DNA of 64,000 nucleotides. Origin: an uncultured Candidatus Saccharibacteria bacterium. GTDB taxonomy: Bacteria; Patescibacteriota; Saccharimonadia; Saccharimonadales; Saccharimonadaceae. The notes below the pieces were generated by a model. The model was given only the letters and a program-made list of their open reading frames with translations, was not told the DNA's origin and did not search any database. Shown piece by piece: positions 38,477 to 48,337 of this stretch (position 1 is its first letter; each line of letters begins with the position of its first letter). Where the stretch lies: NCBI GenBank assembly GCA_938036625.1, contig CALHQH010000046.1, positions 11,034 to 75,033 of the forward strand, in the 5' to 3' direction. The position numbers and the translations under genes are program-made.

Positions 38477-39052
38477 ATGAATCATCCATCTCACCCGACG
38501 ACAATCCTTGCCTTCGTTGGCCTCTCAGGCGCAGGCAAGAGCGAGGCAGTCAACCACGTGGCACGCCTTGGCATCCCCAAGGTCTACGCTGGTGGCATCC
38601 TCTACGACGAAATGCGCCGCCGCGGCATCGCCATCACCCCGCAGTCGCAAGCCGAATTTCGCAAAGCCTGGCGCGAAGAGGCTGGCAAAGACATCATCAT
38701 CCGCACTGCTGCCGAGCAAATGCAGCGCCTCGCCGCCGCCGGGCAGCGCCACATCCTCTTTGACGGGCTCTACTCCTGGACGGAGTACAAGTATCTCACC
38801 CACCACTTCCCGGGTGAGCTCGTTGTGGCGGCCATCGTCGCACCCAAACAGCTCCGTCACCGCCGCCTTGCCCAGCGACCCGAGCGGCCCTTTACCGCGC
38901 AGGAAGCAATCGCCCGCGACTGGTCGGAAATTGAAGATATTGAAAAAGGTGGCCCCATCGCCATTGCCGATCACTTCATCTCCAACAGCCACGACCTCAC
39001 CGAACTCCACCAGCAAGTCGACGCCCTCTGCCGCGAGATTGGTTGGATGTAA
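38477..39052 (+). CDS. P-loop nucleotide/nucleoside kinase-like protein (dephospho-CoA kinase / dNMP kinase fold)
   Basis: Walker A ILAFVGLSGAGKSE. Size is 191 aa. Substrate specificity cannot be read from the sequence. Confidence 0.6.
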   Translation: MNHPSHPTTILAFVGLSGAGKSEAVNHVARLGIPKVYAGGILYDEMRRRGIAITPQSQAEFRKAWREEAGKDIIIRTAAEQMQRLAAAGQRHILFDGLYSWTEYKYLTHHFPGELVVAAIVAPKQLRHRRLAQRPERPFTAQEAIARDWSEIEDIEKGGPIAIADHFISNSHDLTELHQQVDALCREIGWM

Positions 39053-39181
39053 AATACCCCGGTGGGGTATATAAATCATCAGATAATTGACACAATACCC
39101 TTCCTCTGCTATAATTCTCCCACAAATCACGTGTGTGTAAGGCAAATGCACACTACGATAATAGCCTAATACGAGGAGTAT

Positions 39182-39649
39182 ATGAACAACCAGCCAACGC
39201 CCCAGCAGCCTGCCACACCGCAGCCAGCACCACAACCACAACCAGCCGTGCAGCCACAACCGGTGGCCCAACCACAGCCGCAGCCGCAACAGACATATCA
39301 ATATCAACAACCCTACCAGCAGCCAGTTGCGCCAGTGCCACAGCCAGCTATTCAGCCACAGCCAACACCATATGCCTATCCTCCCGTTCATTATGACAAT
39401 CCTGGTGAGACGCTCGGTGTCATTGGATGCGTCTTGAACTTCTTTGGCATCTCTATCGGTGGTATTCTCCTTGGCATTATTTCGCGCAATAAGTCTAAGG
39501 AAGCCGGTATGTCTACAACGTGGGGTAACGTTAGTCTGGGCTGGGGCATCTTTGGGTCAGTCTGCTGGTGTCTTATCTGGCTTTTCTGGATACTTGTGTT
39601 TGTTGGTGTATTGTCCAAGCCATCTTGGTGGTACTATTATTACTACTAA
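39182..39649 (+). CDS. small membrane protein with P/Q-rich N-terminus and two C-terminal TM helices
   Basis: GAGGAG RBS. QPQP repeats, then GVIGCVLNFFGISIGGILLGII and GIFGSVCWCLIWLFWILVFVGV. Confidence 0.65.
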   Translation: MNNQPTPQQPATPQPAPQPQPAVQPQPVAQPQPQPQQTYQYQQPYQQPVAPVPQPAIQPQPTPYAYPPVHYDNPGETLGVIGCVLNFFGISIGGILLGIISRNKSKEAGMSTTWGNVSLGWGIFGSVCWCLIWLFWILVFVGVLSKPSWWYYYYY

Positions 39650-39666
39650 GCCACTTGCTTCGATAT

Positions 39667-39698
39667 AAAAATACCCAGCATACTACTGGGTATTTTTA
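39667..39698 (+). terminator. rho-independent terminator
   Basis: ATACCCAG pairs with CTGGGTAT, followed by TTTTATG. Confidence 0.65.
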
Positions 39699-39900
39699 TG
39701 TAAAGTATTTTGGGAGTACCTTCTGCATTTTTAGAGCTTTCGTATTCACCCCTCTACAATCATGATCTCTATTTCTCGGTAGCGATAGTAGGAGTGGGTA
39801 TTCGAGAGGTTTGTGCCCTCACAGCAAAGTAAATAGCCATTATTATACAGAAGCTTCACCAAAAAACCATACAGTAACGACTTTTGCAAGCAATTTATCC

Positions 39901-39930
39901 AAAAAATCGACATACATACTGTATGCCGAT
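39901..39930 (-). terminator. rho-independent terminator of rpoD
   Basis: CGGCATACA pairs with TGTATGTCG (one mismatch), followed by TTTTTTGG on the minus strand. Confidence 0.55.
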
Positions 39931-39951
39931 TATTCTCGTGTACTACCCCCC

Positions 39952-40977
39952 CTACTGCTGCAAATACTCGTACAGCTTCTTGGCGTCCTTGTGCTTGCGC
40001 AGCTTGGCGAGGGCCTTGGCCTCAATCTGGCGGATGCGCTCGCGCGTCACGGCAAACTCCTGCCCAACTTCCTCCAGTGTATGGCTCTTGCCATTCTCCA
40101 GGCCAAAGCGCATTTTGATAATCTTCTGTTCGCGATCACTCAAGGTCGAGAGGATGTCTTGCACCTGCTCCTTGAGAAGCTGGTTGGAGGCCGATTCTTC
40201 AGGGCTGACCGTATCTTCGTCCTCAATAAAGTCCCCGAGCACCGACTCCTCCGAGTCGTCGCCATCGCGCCCCACACCAGCATCCAGGCTGCTAATGTCT
40301 TGCTTGATCTTCATCACATATTCGACCTTATCCGGCTCCATATCGAGCTCTTTGGCAAGCTCGGTAATGGTTGGCTCGCGGTTGAGGTCTTGCGTGAGGC
40401 GGCGCTGGGTGCGCAGCAGCTTGTTGATCGTCTCCACCATGTGGACGGGGATGCGAATGGTGCGCGCTTGGTCGGCAATCGCACGGGTAATCGCCTGGCG
40501 AATCCACCAGGTGGCATAGGTACTAAACTTAAAGCCCTTGTCTGGGTCGAACTTCTCCACCGCCCGCAGCAGCCCGGTGTGCCCTTCTTGGATAAGATCA
40601 AGAAAATCAAGGCCACGACCACTATACCGCTTGGCAATGCTTACCACCAGGCGCATATTAGCCTCGGCCATTTTGTCTTTGGCACGCTTATCGCCCTGTT
40701 TAATCCGGTAGGCTAAGTCTACCTCTTCGTCAGCACTCAGCAGCGGGATCTTGCCGATCTCGCGCAGGTGCAGCCGCACCGAGTCGTCGCTAATATCATC
40801 AAAGTATTGATTGCTGTTGAGAATCTCCTCCGGCGTGTCTTCTTCCTCAAGTGCCGCGAGGTCGGGCTCCATATCGTCGACGGCTGGATCCATCATCGGT
40901 GGCTGGGCATCGGGTGGCGCTGCCTGAGCTGTGGTTGCTGGTTTTTTTTGCTTGGTATCCTTATCGTCGGTTGCCAC
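39952..40977 (-). CDS. rpoD: RNA polymerase sigma factor, primary sigma-70 type (compact, 341 aa)
   Basis: Region 2 [24 protein letters not shown], region 3, and region 4 [27 protein letters not shown] start with an AAGGAG RBS. Confidence 0.9.
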   Translation of the reverse strand: MATDDKDTKQKKPATTAQAAPPDAQPPMMDPAVDDMEPDLAALEEEDTPEEILNSNQYFDDISDDSVRLHLREIGKIPLLSADEEVDLAYRIKQGDKRAKDKMAEANMRLVVSIAKRYSGRGLDFLDLIQEGHTGLLRAVEKFDPDKGFKFSTYATWWIRQAITRAIADQARTIRIPVHMVETINKLLRTQRRLTQDLNREPTITELAKELDMEPDKVEYVMKIKQDISSLDAGVGRDGDDSEESVLGDFIEDEDTVSPEESASNQLLKEQVQDILSTLSDREQKIIKMRFGLENGKSHTLEEVGQEFAVTRERIRQIEAKALAKLRKHKDAKKLYEYLQQ

Positions 40978-42709
40978 GCGCTATCTCCTTGATTAATTGG
41001 TTCAGTTGCTGGCGCAAAGCGGCGGCGGCAGTCGTATCGCCGCTCTCTTCTGCTTGGCGCAGTTGGGTGGTGAGATGATGTTTGTGTTGCTGCTTGTGTT
41101 CGGTTTCGATTTGCCGCAAAAGCCTGGCGGTCTCGTAGTAGCGATCGGTCTCGCTCCACGCACCATACCGAGCGTCGGCACGTACCCGCACCATTGTAAT
41201 ATACTCGTCAAAATTTTGCAATGCTGGCGGCGTGGTAGTGAGAGGCTGTGAGTGGTGCGCTGCATAGTACTGAGCCAAAGCCTGGCGCGCCTCCCCCGCA
41301 AAGAGCTGTGGGTCAATCCGCCCAAATAATTCTTGGCTTGGCCCATCGAGCATCGCCAGTGCAAGCACGTCGTCTTGTACGAGGTAGCGATTGCGTGGCG
41401 CGGCCGCTGCCGCCTTGACGGCCTTGCGGATGGGTGCGGACGGTGCGGTTTGCTGCGCTTTGGCCTGCACAGCCTGCACACTCGAACCCACTGCCTGAGC
41501 AATCTGCCGCTGGTAGTGCTCGCGCTCCACCGGGTCGCCCAAACGATTAACAAGTGCCAGCCCAACCGTCGTAAACTGCCGCTTACCCGCTGCCGTGGTA
41601 AGATCGAGCTGCTGCCGATACTGCGCCAGGAGCCAATCCACTGCTGGCTGGGCCGCTGCAATCGCCTGCTGCCAGGCCGCTACCCCCTGCTGCTGAATAA
41701 GTTCATCAGGGTCTTTTACCCCTGCCGGCAGCGACACGACCTTCAGTTCCACTCCTGCTTGGGCGGCCAAACCAATCGCTCGCTCTGTGGCGGCCTGCCC
41801 GGCTTTATCACCATCAAAACTCAGGCGGATATCGCCCGCCAGCCGCTTGAGCGCCCGAATATGCTGCTCCGTCATGGCAGTGCCCGCCGTCGCCACTACT
41901 GCTGCTTCGCCCGCCTGATGGCTGCTTATCACATCCATATTACCCTCGACAATCACGGCATAGTCTTGGGCCCGAATCGCCTGCTTTGCCTGCATCAAGC
42001 CAAAGACGTGCCGGCCTTTATCATAGAGCAATGTTTGGGGTGTGTTGAGGTATTTTGGTGCATTGGGCACATCAGCAATCAAGCGCGCCGTAAAGCCAAT
42101 CACCTGCCCACCCGCATCCATTAATGGCACCATCATCCGCCCACGAAAGAGATCGCCATCGTAGCGGTTCACCAAGCCCGCCTCGCGCAGCTCTGCCAGC
42201 GAGAAGCCTTTTTTCTTAAGATACGTTACCAGAGCCTGACCATCACGGGGGGCATAGCCAATCTGAAACTGCTGGACAATCGCCTTGCTGAGCCGCCGCG
42301 TCCGAAACACATACGCCAGCGCATCCTGGCTCCGCACCAAGCAATGCTGATAAAAATTCGCCGCCAGCCGGTGCGTCTCAAGCAGCCGCTGCTTGCGCCG
42401 CACCAGGTCGCGATTACCCTTCTGCTCATAGAGTGAGAGATCCACCCCCGCCTTGCGCGCGAGTAACTCCAGCGCCTGCCGAAAATCCAACCCCTCTACC
42501 TCCATAATGAAGCTAAAGACATCGCCGCCCCGCCCGCTACTAAAATCATGCCAAATATTCTTCTCGGGGCTCACAAAAAAACTCGGTGTCCGCTCACTCG
42601 TAAAGGGGCTCAGGCCTTTGTAGCTCCGCCCCGCCCGCTTGAGCTGCACATACTCGCCCACCACATCCTCTATATTCAAGCGTGCCCGCACCTCTTCTTT
42701 GGCATCCAT
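40961..42709 (-). CDS. dnaG: DNA primase
   Basis: The Cys ligands of a Zn ribbon are not obvious. [36 protein letters not shown], and a TOPRIM block [18 protein letters not shown]. Confidence 0.9.
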   Translation of the reverse strand: MDAKEEVRARLNIEDVVGEYVQLKRAGRSYKGLSPFTSERTPSFFVSPEKNIWHDFSSGRGGDVFSFIMEVEGLDFRQALELLARKAGVDLSLYEQKGNRDLVRRKQRLLETHRLAANFYQHCLVRSQDALAYVFRTRRLSKAIVQQFQIGYAPRDGQALVTYLKKKGFSLAELREAGLVNRYDGDLFRGRMMVPLMDAGGQVIGFTARLIADVPNAPKYLNTPQTLLYDKGRHVFGLMQAKQAIRAQDYAVIVEGNMDVISSHQAGEAAVVATAGTAMTEQHIRALKRLAGDIRLSFDGDKAGQAATERAIGLAAQAGVELKVVSLPAGVKDPDELIQQQGVAAWQQAIAAAQPAVDWLLAQYRQQLDLTTAAGKRQFTTVGLALVNRLGDPVEREHYQRQIAQAVGSSVQAVQAKAQQTAPSAPIRKAVKAAAAAPRNRYLVQDDVLALAMLDGPSQELFGRIDPQLFAGEARQALAQYYAAHHSQPLTTTPPALQNFDEYITMVRVRADARYGAWSETDRYYETARLLRQIETEHKQQHKHHLTTQLRQAEESGDTTAAAALRQQLNQLIKEIARGNRR

Positions 42710-42715
42710 AGGTAT

Positions 42716-42721
42716 AGTATA
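42716..42721 (-). promoter_or_regulatory. -10 box TATACT, 6 nt upstream of the dnaG ATG
   Basis: Minus strand reads TATACT atacct ATG. Confidence 0.5.
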
Positions 42722-42920
42722 GCGCATATGGTGTGAGCCAATCGAAGTGTGCCTGTCCTCTTTTATTTTCTCACCCTCTCGCCAAGCTTGCTGCATCCAC
42801 ACTATCCTGTTTTTTGTCAGCGAGTAGTTACATTACATATGCTTAACAGCCAGGACGAGTAACGTAAGGCAATGGAGAAATATACTTACCTCTCGCCCAA
42901 AACATACGGTATTTTAGTAT

Positions 42921-42963
42921 AGTATATAGGGGTATAGAGTATATAGGGTAGAGGGGTATATAC
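42921..42963 (+). repeat. three direct repeats (A)GTATATA(G/C) spaced exactly 17 bp apart
   Basis: agtatatagggg at 42921, agtatataggg at 42938, ggtatatac at 42955. Confidence 0.7.
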
Positions 42964-43050
42964 TATTTATACTTCATCCATCTGACCTCTGTTAGAGATT
43001 ATGCTCTTTACCTCTGTTAGTGGTTGTGTTTAAATGGTATTATAGTAACT

Positions 43051-44217
43051 ATGAATCCACAGCAACCATACACTCCCCAACCGAATGGTTCGGCACCGCA
43101 GCCCGAGCAACAGCCCCCGCAGCCCAATGCGCCGGCTGCTGCTCCGTATGTCCCCTATTATGCTACCCAAGCGGCGTCACACGGTGCGCAGGATTATGGC
43201 TATGGTGCATATAATCCGGCAACGCAAAGCCAGCCAACCCAGCCACCGTATCAAGAGCAGCCCACTCCTTCATCACCACAACCTCAGGCTGCTCCCTACC
43301 AGCCGTATCAGCCACCACACGACCAAACAGCCAGCCAACCAGCCGCGAGCTATGGCACAGGCCAGTCATACCACTACGCACCGCAGCCCGAGCAGCAGCC
43401 AGCCGCAGCGGCTCACTCAACCAACCCACAAACCACCGCAGACACGCCGCATGGCTACGCCAATGCTGATGCCTACCCAGGCGCCAACCAACCCACTGCG
43501 CAGCCCTACCAGCCACAAGCAGGCGGCTACACTGGCCAGGCGTATGCCAACCCACAGCAGCCACTCGGCGCCACTGCCATGGCTGCTACCGGCGCAGAAG
43601 ACCTTGGTGCAGCAAGCGAACCAGACACCTCCTTCCCAGTAGACTACCTCAACGAGATTGCACCCAAGCAACAGCCAGTGCAGATGAACCGCTTTGCGGT
43701 GTTTGGGCTGATCGGCGGTGTGCTTTTGCTTGCCTTCGCCATTGTCATGATGATGGTCAACAGCCAGCCCAACTACACCAAGCAAGCCCAAAGCACGCTA
43801 GCCCGCATCGAGACCTTGCAAGCGGCCACCAAGGAGCAGCAGTCACGCCTGACAGAAAATGAGCTCTCAAGTATGAACACCACACTCACCACCTCGCTCG
43901 GTAGTATGGGGACAGAGCTCAAGTCGTCGCTCAAGGATGCGAAGATCAAGACCGAGCTAGTCGGCGACGCCAAAAAGACCGAAAAAGCCTACTCCGATAA
44001 GCTCTCCAAAACACTCGAAGACGCTTATCTCACTGGCTCGCTCGACCGCGTCTACGCACGCGAAATGAGCTACCAGCTGTCCATCCTCAAGAGCTACCTC
44101 CAGAAGCTCAAAACCGCCAGCGGCAACCGTAAAGCCATTGCCGACTACGTTGCCACCAATAGCAAGACGCTCGACGCCGCCACCAAGTCATTCAGCAACT
44201 TTACCTCAACGAAGTAA
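43051..44217 (+). CDS. membrane protein with long P/Q/Y-rich N-terminus, one TM helix and a helical extracytoplasmic domain
   Basis: ATG 43051 has no SD; TATTAT lies 7 nt upstream. TM helix is FAVFGLIGGVLLLAFAIVMMMV. Confidence 0.7.
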   Translation: MNPQQPYTPQPNGSAPQPEQQPPQPNAPAAAPYVPYYATQAASHGAQDYGYGAYNPATQSQPTQPPYQEQPTPSSPQPQAAPYQPYQPPHDQTASQPAASYGTGQSYHYAPQPEQQPAAAAHSTNPQTTADTPHGYANADAYPGANQPTAQPYQPQAGGYTGQAYANPQQPLGATAMAATGAEDLGAASEPDTSFPVDYLNEIAPKQQPVQMNRFAVFGLIGGVLLLAFAIVMMMVNSQPNYTKQAQSTLARIETLQAATKEQQSRLTENELSSMNTTLTTSLGSMGTELKSSLKDAKIKTELVGDAKKTEKAYSDKLSKTLEDAYLTGSLDRVYAREMSYQLSILKSYLQKLKTASGNRKAIADYVATNSKTLDAATKSFSNFTSTK

Positions 44218-44242
44218 CGAGAGTACTTCTACCCTATCGACA

Positions 44243-44268
44243 AAGCTCGCCTCTCTGGCGGGCTTTTG
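44243..44268 (+). terminator. rho-independent terminator
   Basis: AAGCTCGCC pairs with GGCGGGCTT, followed by TTGCTG. Confidence 0.55.
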
Positions 44269-44536
44269 CTGTATTAGGTATTCTGTTTGTATATAACTTT
44301 ACGGAGCGGTTTTTTCTCCGCAGGGCACTGGATGATGCTGGTGTTTTATATGTGCCGATTGTCACGTTTCTCTAGCCGCTCTTCTTTGGGCTATTATAAA
44401 TTTAAATACGAGAAGCCCCGCAGCGCTAATTCTCTTCTGTTATTCTATTTGGTAGGGTGTATTTTAGGTATCAGAAGGTCGAAGTTTGGGAGTAGCCAGT
44501 AGCCGCATCTTACAGTGTTTTATCGAAACGTACGCC

Positions 44537-44878
44537 CTACTCCGTCACTAGCCGGTAGCTGAGCCGCGCCAGGTCGATCACTTCATCATCGCTCAACTGG
44601 CCGCTGCAAATAACGGTGATCCAATGTTTTTTGTTGAGGTGGTAACCTGGCTGGACCGACTCATAGCGTTCGCGCAAAGTGCGGGCAAGCTGCGGGTCGC
44701 ACTTGAGGCTCACCCTTAGTGGCTGCGACCCTTCGGCAATAAGCGCAAACATCTTCTCCTGCTGGCCAGGCACGTCCTTGTGCCCTACCTTGTACACCGC
44801 GATACCTTCCCCAAAGGGATAGTCGAGCCATGCCCCGGGCAGGCTGAGCAAAAATTCTTCGAGCTGCTTGTGTGTCAT
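44537..44878 (-). CDS. MmcQ/YjbR family protein
   Basis: LPGAWLDYPFGEG..VYKVG..KMFALI..LKCDP..PGYHLNKKHWITV. Confidence 0.75.
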   Translation of the reverse strand: MTHKQLEEFLLSLPGAWLDYPFGEGIAVYKVGHKDVPGQQEKMFALIAEGSQPLRVSLKCDPQLARTLRERYESVQPGYHLNKKHWITVICSGQLSDDEVIDLARLSYRLVTE

Positions 44879-44890
44879 AGCACTATAATA

Positions 44891-45754
44891 CTACACCCAC
44901 TTGTGCCGCACAAAATACCCCACCATCGCCAGTGGTATGAGGACAATCAGGCCAATCATCAGCCAAAAGGCAATGTCGCTACGAAATGGCAACTGCACGA
45001 AATTCATCCCGCCCAGGCCCGTCAAGAACGAGACTGGCATAAAGACAGTGGCAACCAAGGTGAGGCGCTTCATCACATCGTTCATGCGGTTGGAGACGAC
45101 CGAGAGATACATATCGAGCGCGCTGGTGAGGAGGTCGCGCATCGTATCGATGAGCTCGTGGACACGCCAGGCGTAGTCGTAACTATCGCGCACATACACG
45201 GCGCATTTTTTATCAAACAAGGCATAGCGGCCGTTACTGAGACCATTGAGCACATTCATCAAAGGGAGCACCACCTTTCGCAGATCAGCTAACTGACGCT
45301 TGTACACGAAGAGTTGCTGGAGCTGCCGATTGTCTGGGGTGCGGATCATCGTATCTTCCAGCTGGTCAGTCACATCGTCGATATGGTTGAGCAGCGGCAT
45401 AAATTGCTCAATAGAAAACTGCGCAATAGTAGCCAGAATAAGCGATGGCGTTGTATGACTGGGTCGCAGCGCGGTAATGCGCTGAACGAGCTCATCGTCC
45501 AGCTTGCCCTGGTGTAGCGTAATAATCTCGGTTTTACTGAGCAAAATAGTAATGGTATGGTACTTCACATTGTGCCGGCTTACGTATGGTATATCCAGCG
45601 TGAGCAGCAGCCACGCCTCCCCTTCTATCGCCTGTGGCAGCCAGCGATGCTCGCGCACCATGCGGGCTTGCAGCTCGGGCAGGTGGAGCTCATTTATCAA
45701 TGCTCGCCGCTGCTCGGCTGTGTCAATCGTGATATCGCGCCACAGCTCGGGCAT
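44891..45754 (-). CDS. corA: CorA-type magnesium/cobalt transporter
   Basis: C-terminal FMPVSFLTGLGGMNF (GMN motif) plus two TM helices. Confidence 0.85.
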   Translation of the reverse strand: MPELWRDITIDTAEQRRALINELHLPELQARMVREHRWLPQAIEGEAWLLLTLDIPYVSRHNVKYHTITILLSKTEIITLHQGKLDDELVQRITALRPSHTTPSLILATIAQFSIEQFMPLLNHIDDVTDQLEDTMIRTPDNRQLQQLFVYKRQLADLRKVVLPLMNVLNGLSNGRYALFDKKCAVYVRDSYDYAWRVHELIDTMRDLLTSALDMYLSVVSNRMNDVMKRLTLVATVFMPVSFLTGLGGMNFVQLPFRSDIAFWLMIGLIVLIPLAMVGYFVRHKWV

Positions 45755-46305
45755 TACACGGCGACCTTTTGCAAATAATAGCGCAGCTCCATAATACTAC
45801 CGCGGATATCCTCCAGCGCGCGGTGGTCTTCTGGCTTGGCAAATTTCTTGCCGTATTTGCCCTCCATCACCACCTTCCAGGCGCTCACATCGAGCATGCG
45901 GTAATGCAAACGCTGCGCCAGCTGCGGCCACCAGTGGTCGATAAAGCGGCGATCTTGGTGGATGGAGTTCCCCGCCAGCAATATCCGCCCCTCGCCAGCA
46001 CACTGCTCATCGCAAAACGCCAGCAGCTCTTGCTCGACCTCTGCCAGCGGCTTGCCCTGGGCATTCTGCTCCTCCAGCCCACGCCGCGCTGCCGGGTGCT
46101 GATCCCAAAAGCTGGCGTTGCCATCGAGGAGGCGCTTAAGCTTAGCTGCATCATGGTGCACCACCCCTTCGTACGTTGCAATCTCGGCAAAGGTCCAGTC
46201 CGTCACAATCGCCGCCACCTCTAGTATTTCATCTGTAGTAGGGTCCAGCCCCGTCATCTCTAGGTCTACCCACAAAATCCGTTTTGGTTTGAAGCTTGGT
46301 TTCAT
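45754..46305 (-). CDS. orn: oligoribonuclease (DEDDh exonuclease)
   Basis: ILWVDLEMTGLDPTTDEILEVAAIVTD..GNSIHQDRRFI..HYRMLDVS. Confidence 0.85.
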   Translation of the reverse strand: MKPSFKPKRILWVDLEMTGLDPTTDEILEVAAIVTDWTFAEIATYEGVVHHDAAKLKRLLDGNASFWDQHPAARRGLEEQNAQGKPLAEVEQELLAFCDEQCAGEGRILLAGNSIHQDRRFIDHWWPQLAQRLHYRMLDVSAWKVVMEGKYGKKFAKPEDHRALEDIRGSIMELRYYLQKVAV

Positions 46306-46311
46306 GCTTCT

Positions 46312-46317
46312 AGTATA
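46312..46317 (-). promoter_or_regulatory. -10 box TATACT, 6 nt upstream of the orn ATG
   Basis: Minus strand reads TATACT agaagc ATG. Confidence 0.5.
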
Positions 46318-46560
46318 CTACATGTCCACCGCATAGCGCTCATCCTTAGCTGTTACCGTTATAAGCATAAGCTTTACTGGTATGCAAATTGGTGTACTAC
46401 TTTTTTGTTCAGGTGTTTTTGCTTCCCTTCCCGCCTGCTTATTCTAAGATCTAATTATGAGGTAAATCGTCTTCCCTACCTCTGTTATTTCCGAATGGTT
46501 CACTATTATGTTCAAGCTGATTAGGTGCTTGAGTAGTGCGCAAATTTATTATTCACCATA

Positions 46561-46588
46561 GAAAAACCACACCGCGGTGGGTGTGGTT
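46561..46588 (-). terminator. rho-independent terminator of mscL
   Basis: AACCACAC pairs with GTGTGGTT, followed by TTTTTC on the minus strand. Confidence 0.65.
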
Positions 46589-46613
46589 GATCGCTCTGAG
46601 GCTTCCCGCCTGC

Positions 46614-47063
46614 TTAGTCTTTTTTCTTGTCCAAGCGGTCGAGCTTGAGAAAGTGGATGATCAGGTAGATGACAAACGCTGTGGCGACCAAGGTGATCAG
46701 CGAGCTTACGAAGGCTCCCCACGCGAAGTCGGCGCTGCGCCCAGCAATCTCAATATGCGTGCTGGCAGCCTCGAGGCCCTTCTGCGACCCCACGATAAAC
46801 TGCACCACCGGGCTAATAAAGCCTTGGACTAATTTTTTGACCGTGTCGCCGGCGGCGGTACCAATCGCCAAACCAACAGCCAGGCCCACCACGCCCTGCT
46901 CACGGATGAAGTCGGCAAAACCGCCGAGGTGGCTGTTCTTCATCTTCTGCTCCATCGCTTGGGCGGCAGCTGCAGCCTCTTGGGCAGCCTTGCGTGGGGT
47001 GCGGCGCGCAGCAGGCTTCTTTGCAGCAGCTGCTTTGGTTTTGGTTGTTGTTCGTTCTGCCAT
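46614..47063 (-). CDS. mscL: large-conductance mechanosensitive channel
   Basis: GFADFIREQGVVGLAVGLAIGTAAGDTVKKLVQGFISPV. AAGGAG RBS. Confidence 0.9.
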   Translation of the reverse strand: MAERTTTKTKAAAAKKPAARRTPRKAAQEAAAAAQAMEQKMKNSHLGGFADFIREQGVVGLAVGLAIGTAAGDTVKKLVQGFISPVVQFIVGSQKGLEAASTHIEIAGRSADFAWGAFVSSLITLVATAFVIYLIIHFLKLDRLDKKKD

Positions 47064-47161
47064 AGGTTCTCCTTATTAACCATTGTTTATTCAAATTATA
47101 GCATATTCTGCATTAATTGCTAGCGGTCTTGTGTTGGTGGTGTTCTATGGTCGTTATTTCA

Positions 47162-48235
47162 TTATTGCTTCATTCGCTTAGCTTGTTCGCGTGCTTTGTT
47201 GACCTTATTGCGCTGTAGATTTTTAAAGCCGCGCGATAAGTGTTGCGATGGAGTCGCGATATTATCTGCATTATCATCAAAGATAACAAATGGGTGTTCG
47301 TACGTCTGTATCGCTTGCTCGATAAGCTCGGCATTACCCGAGGCAGTCGCTACTTTGCGCAGTGTATCGCCAAGGAAAAAGCGATTAACTGTCGTGTCTC
47401 CTGGCGAAAGGCTCGCATGGACAGCCTGCGCTAATTCAATTGCTTGCTCACCCATACCCTGGGCAATAAGCTTTTTGCACAGCTGGTTGGCCTCTTTCAG
47501 GTTGTTGCGTCGATCGACATCTGGGTAGATGCCTGGTAGCAGGCTCAAACTTTCGTATGCAGTGCCAAATTCGTCATGACGATTATGGATAATTGCATCA
47601 TAATGAACACGCAACAGCTCACGCCCAGGGATAGATGGCAGTGTGATAAGTTGTAGCAAACTGTTTCGCGTGTCACCATCACGATACTGCTGGCTGTTAA
47701 CATCAGCAAAATTGAGCCATGGGCGAGATGAAACAAAAGCATCACGATTGATTGACGGTGGGAGATTCTTCACTAGTTCGCTTGTCTGTAGCCAATTCAC
47801 TGCGCGAAGCTCGCCACTCATCAACTGATCTTGCGGGTCTTTTCCGCTTATCGCCTCTGTTGTTTCTTTGCATAGCTCCTTCGTGGGTACATCAAGCAAA
47901 AATGAGCGCTGACTCGGCCGGTCAAACAACATAATTACGGCATGCTGATTAGCGTATCCAATATAATGCTCTAACCCCTTAATCTGATCGAGGCACTCCG
48001 ATGCCACAATAGTATAGCCATAACAATTGGCTGTCTCACGCTCGGCAATACTTTCAGCAGTTAGAAGTGGCGTGCCATCAGTGGTCGGTGCAAATTCAAG
48101 CGTCTGGCGCACTAAACTCCCTACCAAAATTGCCGCCTCAATAGCGTCATCAAAGGTCGGCGGCGACTGCTCGTAGGCTGTGCCAATAATCAATAATCTT
48201 GAGCTGCTTTGAGTCAAGCAAACGCTCGCGGCCAA
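47162..48235 (-). CDS. hypothetical protein (357 aa), possible Cys-His-Asp peptidase/transglutaminase-like core
   Basis: Intact low-GC3 ORF. NCYGYT, then QHAVIMLFD, then LLDV. The spacing is reminiscent of a papain/transglutaminase triad, but this is weak. Confidence 0.5.
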   Translation of the reverse strand: MAASVCLTQSSSRLLIIGTAYEQSPPTFDDAIEAAILVGSLVRQTLEFAPTTDGTPLLTAESIAERETANCYGYTIVASECLDQIKGLEHYIGYANQHAVIMLFDRPSQRSFLLDVPTKELCKETTEAISGKDPQDQLMSGELRAVNWLQTSELVKNLPPSINRDAFVSSRPWLNFADVNSQQYRDGDTRNSLLQLITLPSIPGRELLRVHYDAIIHNRHDEFGTAYESLSLLPGIYPDVDRRNNLKEANQLCKKLIAQGMGEQAIELAQAVHASLSPGDTTVNRFFLGDTLRKVATASGNAELIEQAIQTYEHPFVIFDDNADNIATPSQHLSRGFKNLQRNKVNKAREQAKRMKQ

Positions 48236-48337
48236 TCTCGATATTACCCGCCGCTATACTCTTTCTTGGCGTCATAAGCTCTGCTGCCAGTGGCTCGTGC
48301 AGGGCGGATGGGCTGGTGTGTGGCGTACGCTCACCCA

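Noticed and set aside
38411-38494. The longer ORF-track start (38494) for the tandem WhiB-like gene.
   Set aside because: It would overlap the divergent kinase gene and its TATACT-N6-ATG promoter. ATG 38410 has an AAGGA RBS and a TACAAT box upstream.
42921-42963. Short direct-repeat arrays at 42921-42963 and 63899-63934 as CRISPR arrays, or the 42921 array as oriC iterons or DnaA boxes.
   Set aside because: The units are only 9-12 bp with a 17-bp or 9-bp period and no spacers of CRISPR size. There are no cas genes. TTATCCACA-type boxes and an AT-rich unwinding element are absent. The 63899 array is in-frame coding sequence.
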